A stretch of DNA of 39,799 nt, from contig JNEM01011953.1 in assembly GCA_000697335.1 (NCBI GenBank), forward strand, positions 1 through 39,799, in the 5' to 3' direction. Made by a program: the position numbers and the translations under genes. Below the pieces are notes generated by a model that ran no database searches, was not told the DNA's origin, and saw only the letters and a list, made by a program, of their open reading frames with translations. Positions 25,784 through 37,745 of this stretch are shown in pieces. Positions within the stretch are counted from its first letter, which is position 1; the number at the start of each line of letters is the position of its first letter. This DNA comes from Conidiobolus incongruus B7586. Taxonomy: Eukaryota.

Positions 25784-27460
25784 AAGATTTAATTTTGATA
25801 TCATTTCAACGCTCTTTATTACTCACTACCACTGTTCATTTTTAATAGTATTTTTTACTAATAAACCTGCTTTTATTTCTGTAATATTTTGATCTTTTAC
25901 AATATATTTTAAAATCTAATGATATCATTTTATTGATGAGATATAAATACAAATATGAAATACAAGAATATTATACATACAATTTCGAATAAGATTATTC
26001 ATGATACATATAAACAATTTAATATTTATTAATTGATAAAAGCATATCATCCCTTTTTTCATCTTTTATCCCACTATTTATTATTGTCAAATATAACATT
26101 TATTATCTATATTTTATGAGCTTGATTAATAAATTCGAGTTCAAACAGATTATTTGGGAAAAATATATTATGTATTTAATTATTGATAAATTGGTATTCA
26201 AATTTTAAGAAATTTAGATCTGTAAAAATTGCTTATTATATATATTTTATAGAAAGTATTTCAATCACAGCATAAAATTAGTAATATGATTAGTTTATCA
26301 ATTATATCATATTTTATATAATTTTTAATTTGGTTAGTAGCATACCTGTTGAGATTATAGATCAGTTATATTTTGAAAATTTAATAATACAAAAATGCAT
26401 TAGTGACCAAAAAAATTATTAAAAGTGGACTTTTTAGAAAATACGAAGGATAAAGATGATTCATTTAGATAATCGAAATTTGTAATGTTACAATATTAAT
26501 AATATCAAAACTTATAACTGAATTTATTATATTTGCGAGCAGTAGTGTTTTAAAATTCAACAAGATCAATTCCAGACTGAAAAAATAAAATACTAACAAT
26601 TAGCTAAACTTATTTTGATTATCATGTATAAATTATAGTGAACATTAACATTTTTTACAAAATATTAAATATTTATCTAAGGGATAAAACATTTATTTAA
26701 GCATTAATTTATCAAATTAATAATTTTTAAAATCACACTTGTTAGGAGTATGTGAATATCAGACATCATATTTTAAGCAACTATTACTTTGTTATCATCC
26801 TTCTATCTCAGTTTTTATTTATGACAATAAATTGAATTTTAATCTATATTAAAGTGATCAATGAGAAAGCTCCTATATAATAGCAGTATAGATTTAAAAT
26901 AATTTATATAATTTAATTTAATACACCTAGTGATCCTGATATGATGTTTGAATTAAAAATTTATTGAACTTAAGAATACATCACTGAAAAAAACAATGTA
27001 TATATTTTATAATTTTGAAATGTAATTCCATTATGATAGGCTAAATTGGCTATTATATTGTCAACATTCATATAATATTTTATCAATTTATCATGTTTGA
27101 GGCAGTTAAATCGGCTTGATTAGAAGTTAAAATATGATCCAACCTCACTTAATATTTTAATCATTAAGCAAGAAATATGACTAGTAAATATATTATTTTA
27201 AAATTTTGTTTTATGGTAAAGCTGAAATTGCAAGTACATAGGAAGGATGCCAATTAATAAATTTAAATGGGACAGTTTATTTTTCACATTAGATGACGTT
27301 AAATGTGAATTTTCAAATTTGATAAAATTGAGGATGATCCCATAAATAAAATATCAAACTTTAATGAATTAAAGCACACTTTGAAATTTGAATCGAGTGG
27401 GTACTTCTCCAATCAATAGCATTAGATAAGCTTTAATAATAATTATTTTTAATTTTAATT

Positions 27461-28084
27461 ATGAATGAAACAACTAACACTATTTTAACAAATAACGAAG
27501 TTGGCACGCAAATATATGAGGCCAGTGCTTCAATCCACAAGTTATTTGAAACTATATCTAATTTTCAGAATGACAATTCTAAAATCGCTCACGAAGAGGC
27601 TCAATACCGTCAGAATATTTTCATTGAATTAAATAATATCAGAGCCGCTAATCGCTTGCTTTGCAAAGACTTGGAAGAAAAGGAAAAGAGCATCAGCTTA
27701 AGGAAGATCAAATATAATGACAAAAGACGTGACTTACTTCGTTTATATGAAAAGAAGGAAAATCTCAAAATTAGAATAGAAAATGTTAAGCGTAAACCTG
27801 CTAACGTGGATAACCTGGTATTTATCTCTGAAGAAAACTTAAAGAGTCAAACTGATGAAAGCTTCGAACCTAATGAATCGGACATCACACTGAAGCGATT
27901 AAAGTATGAATTAAAGCTTAGATCTGACATTTCAGCTAAACGAAAGAGTATCAACGAAGAAAAGACAAAATTAGAGTCACAGTTAAAGACTTATGAACAG
28001 GCAATTAATGATATACATGAAAAAATTAGTCGATTTGGTGATAAATGGGACACTCTAGCACATAGCCTACACAGATATACCTAA
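27461..28084 (+). CDS. Intronless 207-aa coiled-coil protein, probably a short THOC5/FMIP-like (THO complex) subunit
   Basis: Complete ATG-to-TAA ORF with GC above its flanks. The spacing of IRAANR...LLRLYEKKENL..RIENVK...LVFISEENL...ITLKRLKYELKLR resembles the FmiP_Thoc5 pattern (LRxxNR...LQNLxYE..HL..EI..C...L...EEF...RLxxELxxR), recalled from memory. The CDS is confident; the family is tentative. Confidence 0.6.
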   Translation: MNETTNTILTNNEVGTQIYEASASIHKLFETISNFQNDNSKIAHEEAQYRQNIFIELNNIRAANRLLCKDLEEKEKSISLRKIKYNDKRRDLLRLYEKKENLKIRIENVKRKPANVDNLVFISEENLKSQTDESFEPNESDITLKRLKYELKLRSDISAKRKSINEEKTKLESQLKTYEQAINDIHEKISRFGDKWDTLAHSLHRYT

Positions 28085-28787
28085 CTCTTATTTATTTTAT
28101 CTCTAAATTTATTATGTATTTTAATATTATTTCGAAGCTTCAAATAAATTGTAGCATATGTTTTTGTATTATCACATTTTAACTATAATTTAACACCTAT
28201 CATCTATACACTAATAATTCAAATGATTTTAAATATATCCTAATTTTCAACCTATGACCAATATTTTAAAATATTACTGATATTTCGAGAAAAAAAAATC
28301 TTTTATTGTATCATATATCAGATTTTTCAGTACCTAATTCATATTTAAATATGGTATGTTGTCTAATAAAAAATTCAAGAGTTTTGTATATGATCATGAA
28401 TATCGAATAAAAAATGATAATTGCTATTATTCTAGATCATTTTTTAATATTAAAAGATAAGTATTTGAAAAATAATCAAAAATATCACTAAGATAATAGA
28501 TGTTGAAAATAATAATAATTTGATGTTATAATTGAATTAATAGATAGCTTAAAATGGTGATTCAATGTCATATATCAATGTATGAGATTTGAATATCTAT
28601 TTCAGATAATTGATCATTAATTTTTTTCATTTTAATTAAGCTATACTGAAAAGCAAAAATATGATATAATATTTATATAGTTAGAAATAATATAACATAG
28701 TTTGAATATAAATTTAATCAAATGAAATTTTTATAATGTTATAAAACAATATAATTAATCAAGTATCAATAAGTAAAGGTGGATACA

Positions 28788-30251
28788 TTAACAAATGGTT
28801 CTGGAATGTATGAGATCAGGATCTTCGTTGTATTCATCAGCTGTAATCCACATCTATAATTCGCTTAGTCAAATAGTAGAAAACAAAACAAAGTTAAGTT
28901 TACCTGTTTAAAAGCGGAAAGAGAAGCTAGGATAGAGCCACCAATCCATGTACTATACTTACGTTCAGGAGGAGCAATAATCTTAATCTTTGTATCACGA
29001 GATGCCAATTTACGAACTTCTTGTAAAAGACGGTCGCCAAAGCCTTTAAATAAGGTAGAACCACCCGCAATGACAATATTTTGATACAAGTGAGGCCTCA
29101 AATCAATATCAGTTTTAGCAATGGAATTGGTCAATAATTGTGGTAAACTAGAGTATTCATAACCACAAAGCTCTGGATGGAATAGTAATTCAGGAGCTCT
29201 ATAACGCTCTTGACCTAATTTGATTAGTCTGCCATCAGGTAATAAAAATTCAGCTGGTTTAATAGTAGAATCCTTGTCTTCTTTATAGGCATTTAATGAA
29301 ACATAACCGGTTTTTTCTTTGATTACTCTGACAATATCCATTTCAGCTGTAGTACTAAAATTATATCCTGATTTTCTCAACAGAGTTTGCATATATTCAG
29401 TGATATCTCTATGATCTGATTAACCATAAGCACAATTTAAAAATATTCTATAGAAATTACCTTCCACCAAGATCCATTCTTAAAGTAGCTGTTGGAACAG
29501 CAAAACCTTCATAAACGGGAACACAATGGGTAACACCATCACCACAATCCAAGACTAAACCAGTAGTTCGACCTGAAGAATACCTATCAAACATAATGTC
29601 AATATGTGGATGACGTCAAACATATAAAATTTACAAACTAAGAATAGCTTGAATAGATGTCATAAAAGCTGGAACATTATATGTTTCAAAGAATACTTGA
29701 GCCATCTTTTCTCTCATCCTACGAGGATTCCAAGGAGCTTCGGTAACTAAAACAGGGTGCTATAAAATAAATTAAATCCAATGCAACAAAATTATTAAAT
29801 GATATTAGTCTACTTCTTCAGGGATAACTTTTAATTCTTCAGTATACATATAACTCCAAATTCTTTCCATATCATCCCAATCAGTAATAACACCATGTTC
29901 AATGGGATATTTAAGTTTTAATAAGCCTCTCAATTCTTCAGCACGATTTCCGATAAATGTATCACCATCAACGGCACCTGCCATCAATCTAACATGCTTA
30001 GGTCTTCCAACACTACAGTATAGAAGCGTTAAATAAGCAAATCGATCTAGATCAGTGAAATATAAAATACATTGAAGGAAAAAAAGATTTGGGAACTTCA
30101 GCTCCAGCAAAGCCTGATTTGATAACTCCTGAGCCCTATTCAAAGTAAACAGAGAAAATAATTAGCAATTGAATAATAGTTTAATAAATAAGAAGTATAA
30201 TACATTATCAATGACTACAGGTTGATTAGTTAATACGTCTTGAAATTCCAT
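28788..30251 (-). CDS. ARP1: Actin-related protein 1 (centractin, dynactin filament), 376 aa. Exons 30251-30204, 30135-30071, 30012-29814, 29759-29635, 29583-29461, 29408-28904, 28853-28788
   Basis: [55 protein letters not shown] and [19 protein letters not shown] are diagnostic for Arp1 rather than actin. Six GT-AG introns of 50-68 nt. Confidence 0.95.
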
Positions 30252-31316
30252 TTAATTGAAGTTTATAATTGATTTATAATTAATACTGTTTATATATGTA
30301 ATTAAATAAAAGAATTATTGTGATGAATGAAAGAGTTATATAGTCAACTTAAATTGATGGAATCAATTTGAGTATCAATAGACTTGTGAGATATTTAAAT
30401 ACAACTAATGAGAATAATAATAACAATTTCATATTCAGCTTTAACATTCCTAAATTTTATTCAATTTTAAATTTGATAATATTATACATTAACAAAATTA
30501 GCATTTAATCTATTAAACATACATTATATATTATTTATTATGTATTTTATTTCAGTCTGAAGATTGATTTAATATTGATAAATAAGCTATTTATATTCTT
30601 ATAATTAGTAGTACATAAAAAGTTCAGTTAGGAAATTTATATATTTTTTAACCTATTGATTTTGGTTCAATACATTCAATAAAGCAATAAGTAATTATTA
30701 TAACGAATTTTTTCAGTAAACTCATGTCCAAAGTATCATATTTTAATTTTTTAATAATAAATTTAACCCAAACCTAAATTCAATATCAATGATATATAAT
30801 AAAAAAGCACAGATAGCAGCTTAATATTAAATCATCGAAATTAAAAATATGAGTGAGAATATAGAAAATTAGTTGTCTATGAAATTTTATAAAATCACAT
30901 ATTCAAATGTAATTGACAAAAGTTAATTTGGTATTCAAATATTGTATGTTTACTACTAACATAAAAAACATTTTATTTTCATATTTAAGAATAAAATCAA
31001 TAGAATTTAGTTATAGATTATTGGATGACAAATTATCAATGCTATCATATATTTGATATATTGATTTCATTTTCTAATATCAAATTAATATGAAAAATAG
31101 GCTATTAATATTATTATTTTAATTACAAATCTAAGAGTTACTCAAAATTTACCACAATAAATTAAATAAAATTTTAGTATTATAATTTCATACAAAAGTA
31201 ATGTAGATTTATGTAACTATTAGATTCATTGACATTACAAATGTTATACTTAAGACTATACAAATTTAATTAGATGGAATATTTAATATATAATAAATCG
31301 CTCTAAAGTAAATGTA

Positions 31317-33195
31317 TTAATATAGGTCGGGATTGAATCCCCATTCGATCAACAAACCATCATTTGAACATGATATTAACGAAGAACTAATAGGGTGATA
31401 TGCGACGTCAAATACAACGCCTTGATGTCCTTTCAATTTTTGAACCATCTCACCACTCTCTAAATCCCATAAATACACTGAACCATCTTCAGATCCTCCA
31501 ACAATATGAGACTGAGGACCAAATCTAGCTCTAATGAAATTTTTACTGGTATTTTGATGGCCCTTAAATCTCTTCAATGGACGCGTCATTCGAATATCCC
31601 ATAAACGAATGCTGCTATCTTTAGATGAGGTTAATAATAGATTTCCTGCAGCATTTAGTTGAACAGAAGTGACTTCACCAAGATGTGAAGAGAGCGTACG
31701 TATACAAAGTCCACTTAAGACATCCCAAAATTTCACAGTGTTATCCTTAGAGCCACTAATTAATAAATTTCCCTCTGGGTTATATATACATTTGGCAACA
31801 GATAAGCCGTGACCTGAAAATGTTCTAATAATGTTTCCTTGGTGAATATCATAAATTCTAACAGTTTTATCATAACCAGAAGTTGCGATCTGAGGTTGAT
31901 TGGGATGAATATCAACAGAATAAACGTCGTTTGAGTGACCTGAAAGGACTAGAGAGTTAATAGGTGATTCTGAAGGACGTAAATTCCAAATCTAGCATTG
32001 TTGTTAATAAAAAAATAAAATAAAGATATAGTTCAAGTTTACTTTAACTGTCGAGTCACCCGAAGCAGATGCAAAAAATGGATCCAGTTTGGAAACAGCT
32101 AGATCCCATACTCTTCCTTGATGTCCTTCTAATGTGTAAACGCATTCGGATGTTTCAAGGTCCCAAATTTTGACATGATTGTCGCTAAAAAAAGTTAAGA
32201 TAAAATTTGTATATGATTTAAAGTCAATTTTACCTAGAACCAGATAAAATCCATTCATTATCCTGGAAATCCAAAAATTGACAGCACTTAACATTTGCTT
32301 TATGTCCAACAAAGCTTCTCTTTAAATAATTAGGAATCATTGGACTGCTATAACTTTGTAAAAGAGTTTCGACTTTAGGTTGTATATTAGGAATATATCG
32401 ATTTGAACTTTGAACCTGATAAGCTACTGCCTGTTTTAGTAAAGAAACGAGATGGTTTGGGGGAAGTGTGGAATTGGACTGGTAAGGTCGGTCTAAGCCC
32501 TCAATTTCCATTAAATGCATTAATTCTTCAACAAGCCTTTCTCTAGAAGGACCAACTCCTTCCCAATTTTTAAAAGAAGCTGCTTCATGCACAGATTTAG
32601 CTGTTAATAAATAACACATATCTTGAAATTCACCACAAGTCCTCTCAAGGTGCTCTAAAGGTTTTAAACGCTTATTTAAAAATGTAAAAGCCTATTTTAT
32701 AATTTAATATAATGTATAATTAAAAATAAATCAAATATTACTTTTTGCATTTCTCTGTATTCGATAAGCTCCAAAAATTGCTGACGATAAATAGCATAGC
32801 AGAAATATTTATGTTGAGTTAAAAAAGGCTTATTACAATAATTTTCATTAATTTCATTCCAATTCCCTTCCAAAATTAAACTTTTTAGCCTATTTAAATC
32901 AGTTTGTAAAGTTTCAAATTCATTTTGTTTTAATTGAGCTTCGTCGTTTAATATAGTATTTGTCAGAGTATAGCCTTCAGATAATAGATACTGACTTATC
33001 ATACGTATAATATCCTAAAAGAATGAGTTATATATTGATTTAAATAATTCTATAAATTATAAATACTTGTTTTATAGAAGGATTGTTAGAGTCGAATAAG
33101 TTATTCACATTAGAAATTCTTTTAAATTGATTTTTATCATAAGAGAGTTCAATATCTTCAGTTGATTTTGTAATTGAATCAAGGTCATCTTCCAT
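31317..33195 (-). CDS. LisH-CTLH(-CRA)-WD40 repeat protein with a TOPLESS/SMU1/WDR26-like architecture, about 558 aa. Exons 33195-33067, 33014-32742, 32691-32234, 32184-32043, 31991-31317
   Basis: LisH: DIIRMISQYLLSEGYTLTNTILNDEA. CTLH: LKSLILEGNW...YAIYRQQFLELIE. Then LPPNHLVSLLKQAVAYQ and about 7 GH...WD repeats. Four GT-AG introns of 49-52 nt. Confidence 0.88.
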
Positions 33196-34337
33196 TGTTG
33201 CATATATTAAGTTTACAAAATCAATACACTAAATATTTATTTATATTTTAATTTCAAACACAAACAATTTTAAATTTCAAAATATAAATGTTATTTACAA
33301 TTTTATGGGTTTAACTGTAGTATTGAAATTTGGAATTGAATATAAAAAATGTTTTTAACTTATAATAATATTTTCAAAATGATTTTAATTAGTAATGATG
33401 TGATATTCCATTATATAGCTGATCGTTAGTCTGTTAATTTATGATTCAGAAAGCATAATCTCAAATGTATTGGTGTTTTATTATAAGAACAATATTATAA
33501 AACATATTTGAGTTTTTAATACGAATTAAAAAATATTTGTAACAGTTTGATTTATGATTTTAAGTGTGCAAACGAATCAATAGTAGCTGATTTTAATAAA
33601 GAATAGTTAACTTTATTAAATGAGAGAAAATAAATTTGGTTATAATTTTATTATATATTAATATTATGTGTTGATTAATCTATATTTAGAAGTAAAATTT
33701 AAAATGTTTGAAAAATTATTTGATATATACACAATTATCTAATATTAACATACGGCTTTGAAATACAATCCTTAGTAATTATAATTGAATACATAGCTGA
33801 TACATATATAATTTGGAATTAATTGAACCAATTCATATTAGAAAATAAATTAATAAGTTTATCAAAGTGTTCACTGTTCTTAAATAACAAAATTTCATAT
33901 AGTTAGTTTAATAACATTTGATTTTAGTGAAAAAACAAATTTTGTTATAATTGGACTGAAATTTAAAATTGGTGATTTATGTAAAGTTAATTTGGATACG
34001 TTGCACTAGAAAGTGATTGGATAAACATAAGAATCAAAAAGGACTGTGGAATTTAAAATTATCATTAATCCCATACTCTTGAAATTTTATATTCGTTCTG
34101 ATTAGTTTGACTAATAAATTACCAAAATAAAAATTAATATCTTAAATTACGCTATAATTTCAATACTATTTTATCAATAGCTAACTTATATCAATTACTA
34201 TCATTAATATTCAATCTATTACCAATTGTTTAGATAGTTCATATCTTAATTAATAAGCAGGTATTCAACGATATTGATTAATTTTTAATATAATGATATG
34301 ATTTACTAATTTAAGATCAATTTTTAGACCTAATTCC

Positions 34338-37065
34338 ATGTCATCTTCTTCAATAGGTAGTAAAGGAACTTCAATTAACAATAGCTCTGCTACTTTAGTA
34401 GTAGAAGAGCAAATTAAACTACTTGACGATGCTCTTAATGTAGTCAAACATCAATCTCTTGGAATGAAACGTTGTTTGGTAATAAGCCCATATTTTTATT
34501 GTGACTTTTTTGAAATTTATAAATGCTTTTAAAATATTGTTCAACATCTAATTATCTATTTATTAGGATCAACATCGTTTGATGGATGCTTTGAAACATT
34601 GTTCTGGAATGCTTGCTGAACTTCGTACTTCTGTTCTTTCTCCAAAGCATTATTATGAACTTTATATGGCAATCTTTGATAACCTTAGATTTATGACTAC
34701 TTATTTGGCTGATGCTCACCAATCCAATCGTCATCACTTGGCTGATTTATATGAGTTGGTACAATATGCAGGAAATATCATTCCAAGACTTTATTTAATG
34801 ATCACAGTTGGTTCAGTTTACATGTCTATGCCCGATGCTCCTGTTCGTGAGATTATGAAAGATATGTTAGAAATGTGTCGTGGTGTGCAGCATCCTACTA
34901 GAGGATTGTTTCTAAGACACTATTTATCAGGAATGACTAAAGATCATTTACCCACCTCCGAAGAAGAAAGTTCTTCTGGATGCTTGAAAGATTCCATCCA
35001 GTTCACTTTAATTAATTTCACTGAAATGAATAAGCTTTGGGTTAGATTACAGCATCAAGGACACTCCAGGGATAGAGAACGTAGAGAGATGGAGCGTAAA
35101 GAACTTAGAACTCTTGTCGGCTCCAATCTTGTCAGATTAGCTACACTTGAGGGAATAGATTTAAATACATACTCTTCATTGATTCTTCCTGATATACTCG
35201 AACAAATTATCAACTGTAAAGATGTCTTAGCGCAAGAATATCTGATGGAAGCCGTTATCCAAGTATTCCAAGATGATTTCCATCTTCGTACTTTGACCCC
35301 TTTCCTCTCTGCGGTTGCTCAACTTAATCCTCGTGTCTCACCTAAATCCATTTATATCTCACTCATTGATCGTCTGGCTGCCTATGCATCTCGTGAAGCC
35401 GAATCTCAAGCTGAAACCCAGCAAGAATCTGATGATAAGTCCTCTGTTTCTCGTGGAATCCCTGATGACGTCAAATTATTCGAAGTATTTTGGACTCAGG
35501 TAGTTGAACTTGTCAAAGCTCGTCCTGATATCCCTCTTCATGATATCACTGCTCTCCAAGTCTCTTTAATCAATCTCTCACTCAACTGCTACCCTAGCAA
35601 TTTGGAATATGTTGACCAGGTGCTTGATTATGCTTTGAACTTGGATCCTGCTGCTCATACTGGTGACAATGCCGCTACTGAAGACAATCTGCTTCAACTC
35701 CTCTTGGCACCAATTCGTATTTATCCTAATGCATTGACAGTTTTGAAACTTGTTCATTATAGATCATTATTTGATTCTCAGCCTTATTCCACCAGAAGAT
35801 CTGTTGGCCTCGCTCTCGTTGCTGCATTGCTCAAGCAAAACCAACGTATCTCTGAACCTTCTGAGTGTGAAGGGGTTTTCCATCTTGTATCTGTCTTGGC
35901 CAAAGATCAACCTGATGGTGGCCCTCATCATGCCAACACATTTGGTCGAACCTCTTCAAAGTTGGCAGGAAGAGGTCAATCATTGAGAGGAATCAATGGT
36001 GATAACGATGAAGATTTTGTCAACGAGCAGCATCAACTGGCCAAGTTGATTCATTTGATTTACACCGACGACAATGATCAAATGTTTAGACTTCTTAATA
36101 TAGTTAGAAGAGAACTTAGTGAAGGAGGCATACGTGTGCAATACACATTCCCTTCAATCGTCTCTTCTTGCTTGAAGCTTGCCAGATCCTACCTTCCTAG
36201 ACCCGAATCAGAAGATGATGCATGGTACAATCGTAGCTCTGAGTTGTTTAGATTTTTACATCAGACCATTTCGATTTTATACAGCAAGGCCGAGTGCCAT
36301 GATTTAGCTTATAAGCTTTATTTAAATGCTGGACTTGCTTGTGATGAACTTGGTATCCAAACTCTTGGATATGAATTTTTCGTTCAAGCTTTAACTATTT
36401 ATGAAGAGTGCATTAGCGAATCCAATGTGCAGCTCCAAGCCATTCATTTATTGATTGGCACTCTTCACTCTACTCGTGACTTTGATGCTGATAATTATGA
36501 TGCCCTCACAACCAAATGTGTCATGCATTCAGGTAAGTTGCTCAAGAAACACGACCAATGTCGTGCTTTGTACCACTCTGCTCACTTGTTTTGGCCTGTT
36601 CCATCTGTTCCTCAGCTTTACCAACCAGAATCTGACCAACCTGCTATACCTCCTGCCACTGATATTGTTACCCAACGTCCCGTAGTTCAGCATCGCGATG
36701 CTAAGAGAGTGATGGATACCTTAAACCGCGCACTCAAGGTAGCCCACTCTGTTATTGATCCAGTCAAGTCCATCGAACTAATGGTTGAGATTCTTAATCG
36801 ATATTTCTATTTCTTTGAACACCAATGTCCATCAATTGAACCCAGTCACATTAATGGTTTAATTGATTTGATAAAGAGCAACTATGTCAGCTTAAGTGAA
36901 TCTCAACCTCAATCTCTGACTGGTACCAACAGCTCAGACTACCTCGCATCCTTACTCAAGTTCTTTGAAGGAAGCTTAAACTACATTCAAACCAAGGCTC
37001 AGGCAAATATTGACAGTTCTATTGCCTACGATCAGCTTAAGCTTGATGCAACCATTGTTCACTGA
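34338..37065 (+). CDS. VPS35: Retromer subunit Vps35, about 879 aa. Exons 34338-34478, 34567-37065
   Basis: LMDALKHCSGMLAELRTSVLSPKHYYELYM, LYELVQYAGNIIPRLYL, CRGVQHPTRGLFLRHYL, NFTEMNKLWVRLQHQG and KLLKKHDQCRA. One GT-AG intron, 34479-34566 (88 nt). Confidence 0.97.
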
Positions 37066-37462
37066 AATTGATTCAAATTTGTCTTACTCTTCATTATATT
37101 TATTTGGATAAGATCAATACTTTCATTTATTTCAATATGCTAAAATATCATCTGAACCTTCTTCTGATTTAATAAAATTATACTGACTACATATCATTTA
37201 AATAAGTTAATTGGTTTTCATATTCAGATAATCTATATACAAGTTTACTTTTTAAATCATAATATTATGATATCTTTTTAAACAAAATTAATTTTTTATA
37301 AATAGAGACAATTTTAAATGGTAATAGAATTATATATTCAATTATCTTATATATTATTTGTTCTTAATAAATTTGAATTAAGTATTTTTGATGAAAATAA
37401 TCTAAATCCAATAATTAACATCAAATTACAACTTGATGATTTGTGATAAAATCTATTATTGA

Positions 37463-37590
37463 CTTTCATATTGTACGAATATAGGTATTAATTGTAAATC
37501 AGTTGAAATTTGAGTGATTATACAAGGTGGAACATATCAATTAGAATGGTTGCTGAAAAAGTAATAGAATATAATACAGAGCTACACTAA
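37463..37590 (+). mobile_element. Possible highly decayed hAT-family transposase fragment
   Basis: With one stop and one 2-nt frameshift it reads LSYCTNIGINCKSVEI*VI/TRWNISIRMVAEKVIEYNTELH*, similar to the hAT K-x-L-x-L-D-V-x-TRWNST-x-x-ML block. No TIRs or TSD were seen. Confidence 0.3.
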
Positions 37591-37745
37591 CTTAACCAAA
37601 AATTAGTATATACATTAAAATATTTAAAACGATTAAAAAATGTATTTTCACTCGATTGAATTTATTTTTTTCACTTTTCATTAAATTTAGTTACTAAAGA
37701 ATAAATCGTAGCAAATATTAAAATTAGACTGGAACAAACTGTTGT

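Noticed and set aside
2089..33066. Apparent premature stops, frameshifts or recoding implied by the fragmented ORF track
   Set aside because: Every break is explained by a short GT-AG intron that restores the frame under the standard code. No readthrough or alternative code is needed.
6669..33341. Clusters of TTTGAA/TTCAAA just upstream of CEF1, SCC3, the THOC5-like gene and the WD40 gene
   Set aside because: The hexamer is frequent throughout this AT-rich DNA, so enrichment cannot be established by eye.
1242..34566. Minor-spliceosome (U12-type or AT-AC) or other non-canonical introns
   Set aside because: All inferred junctions are GT-AG and none has the RTATCCTT donor.
4750..36685. Small overlapping or antisense ORFs (e.g. 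4750-4938, 5770-5964, 10850-11074, 11123-11335, 21100-21408, 21739-22185, 35315-36685)
   Set aside because: They are shadow frames of real exons with no recognisable motifs.
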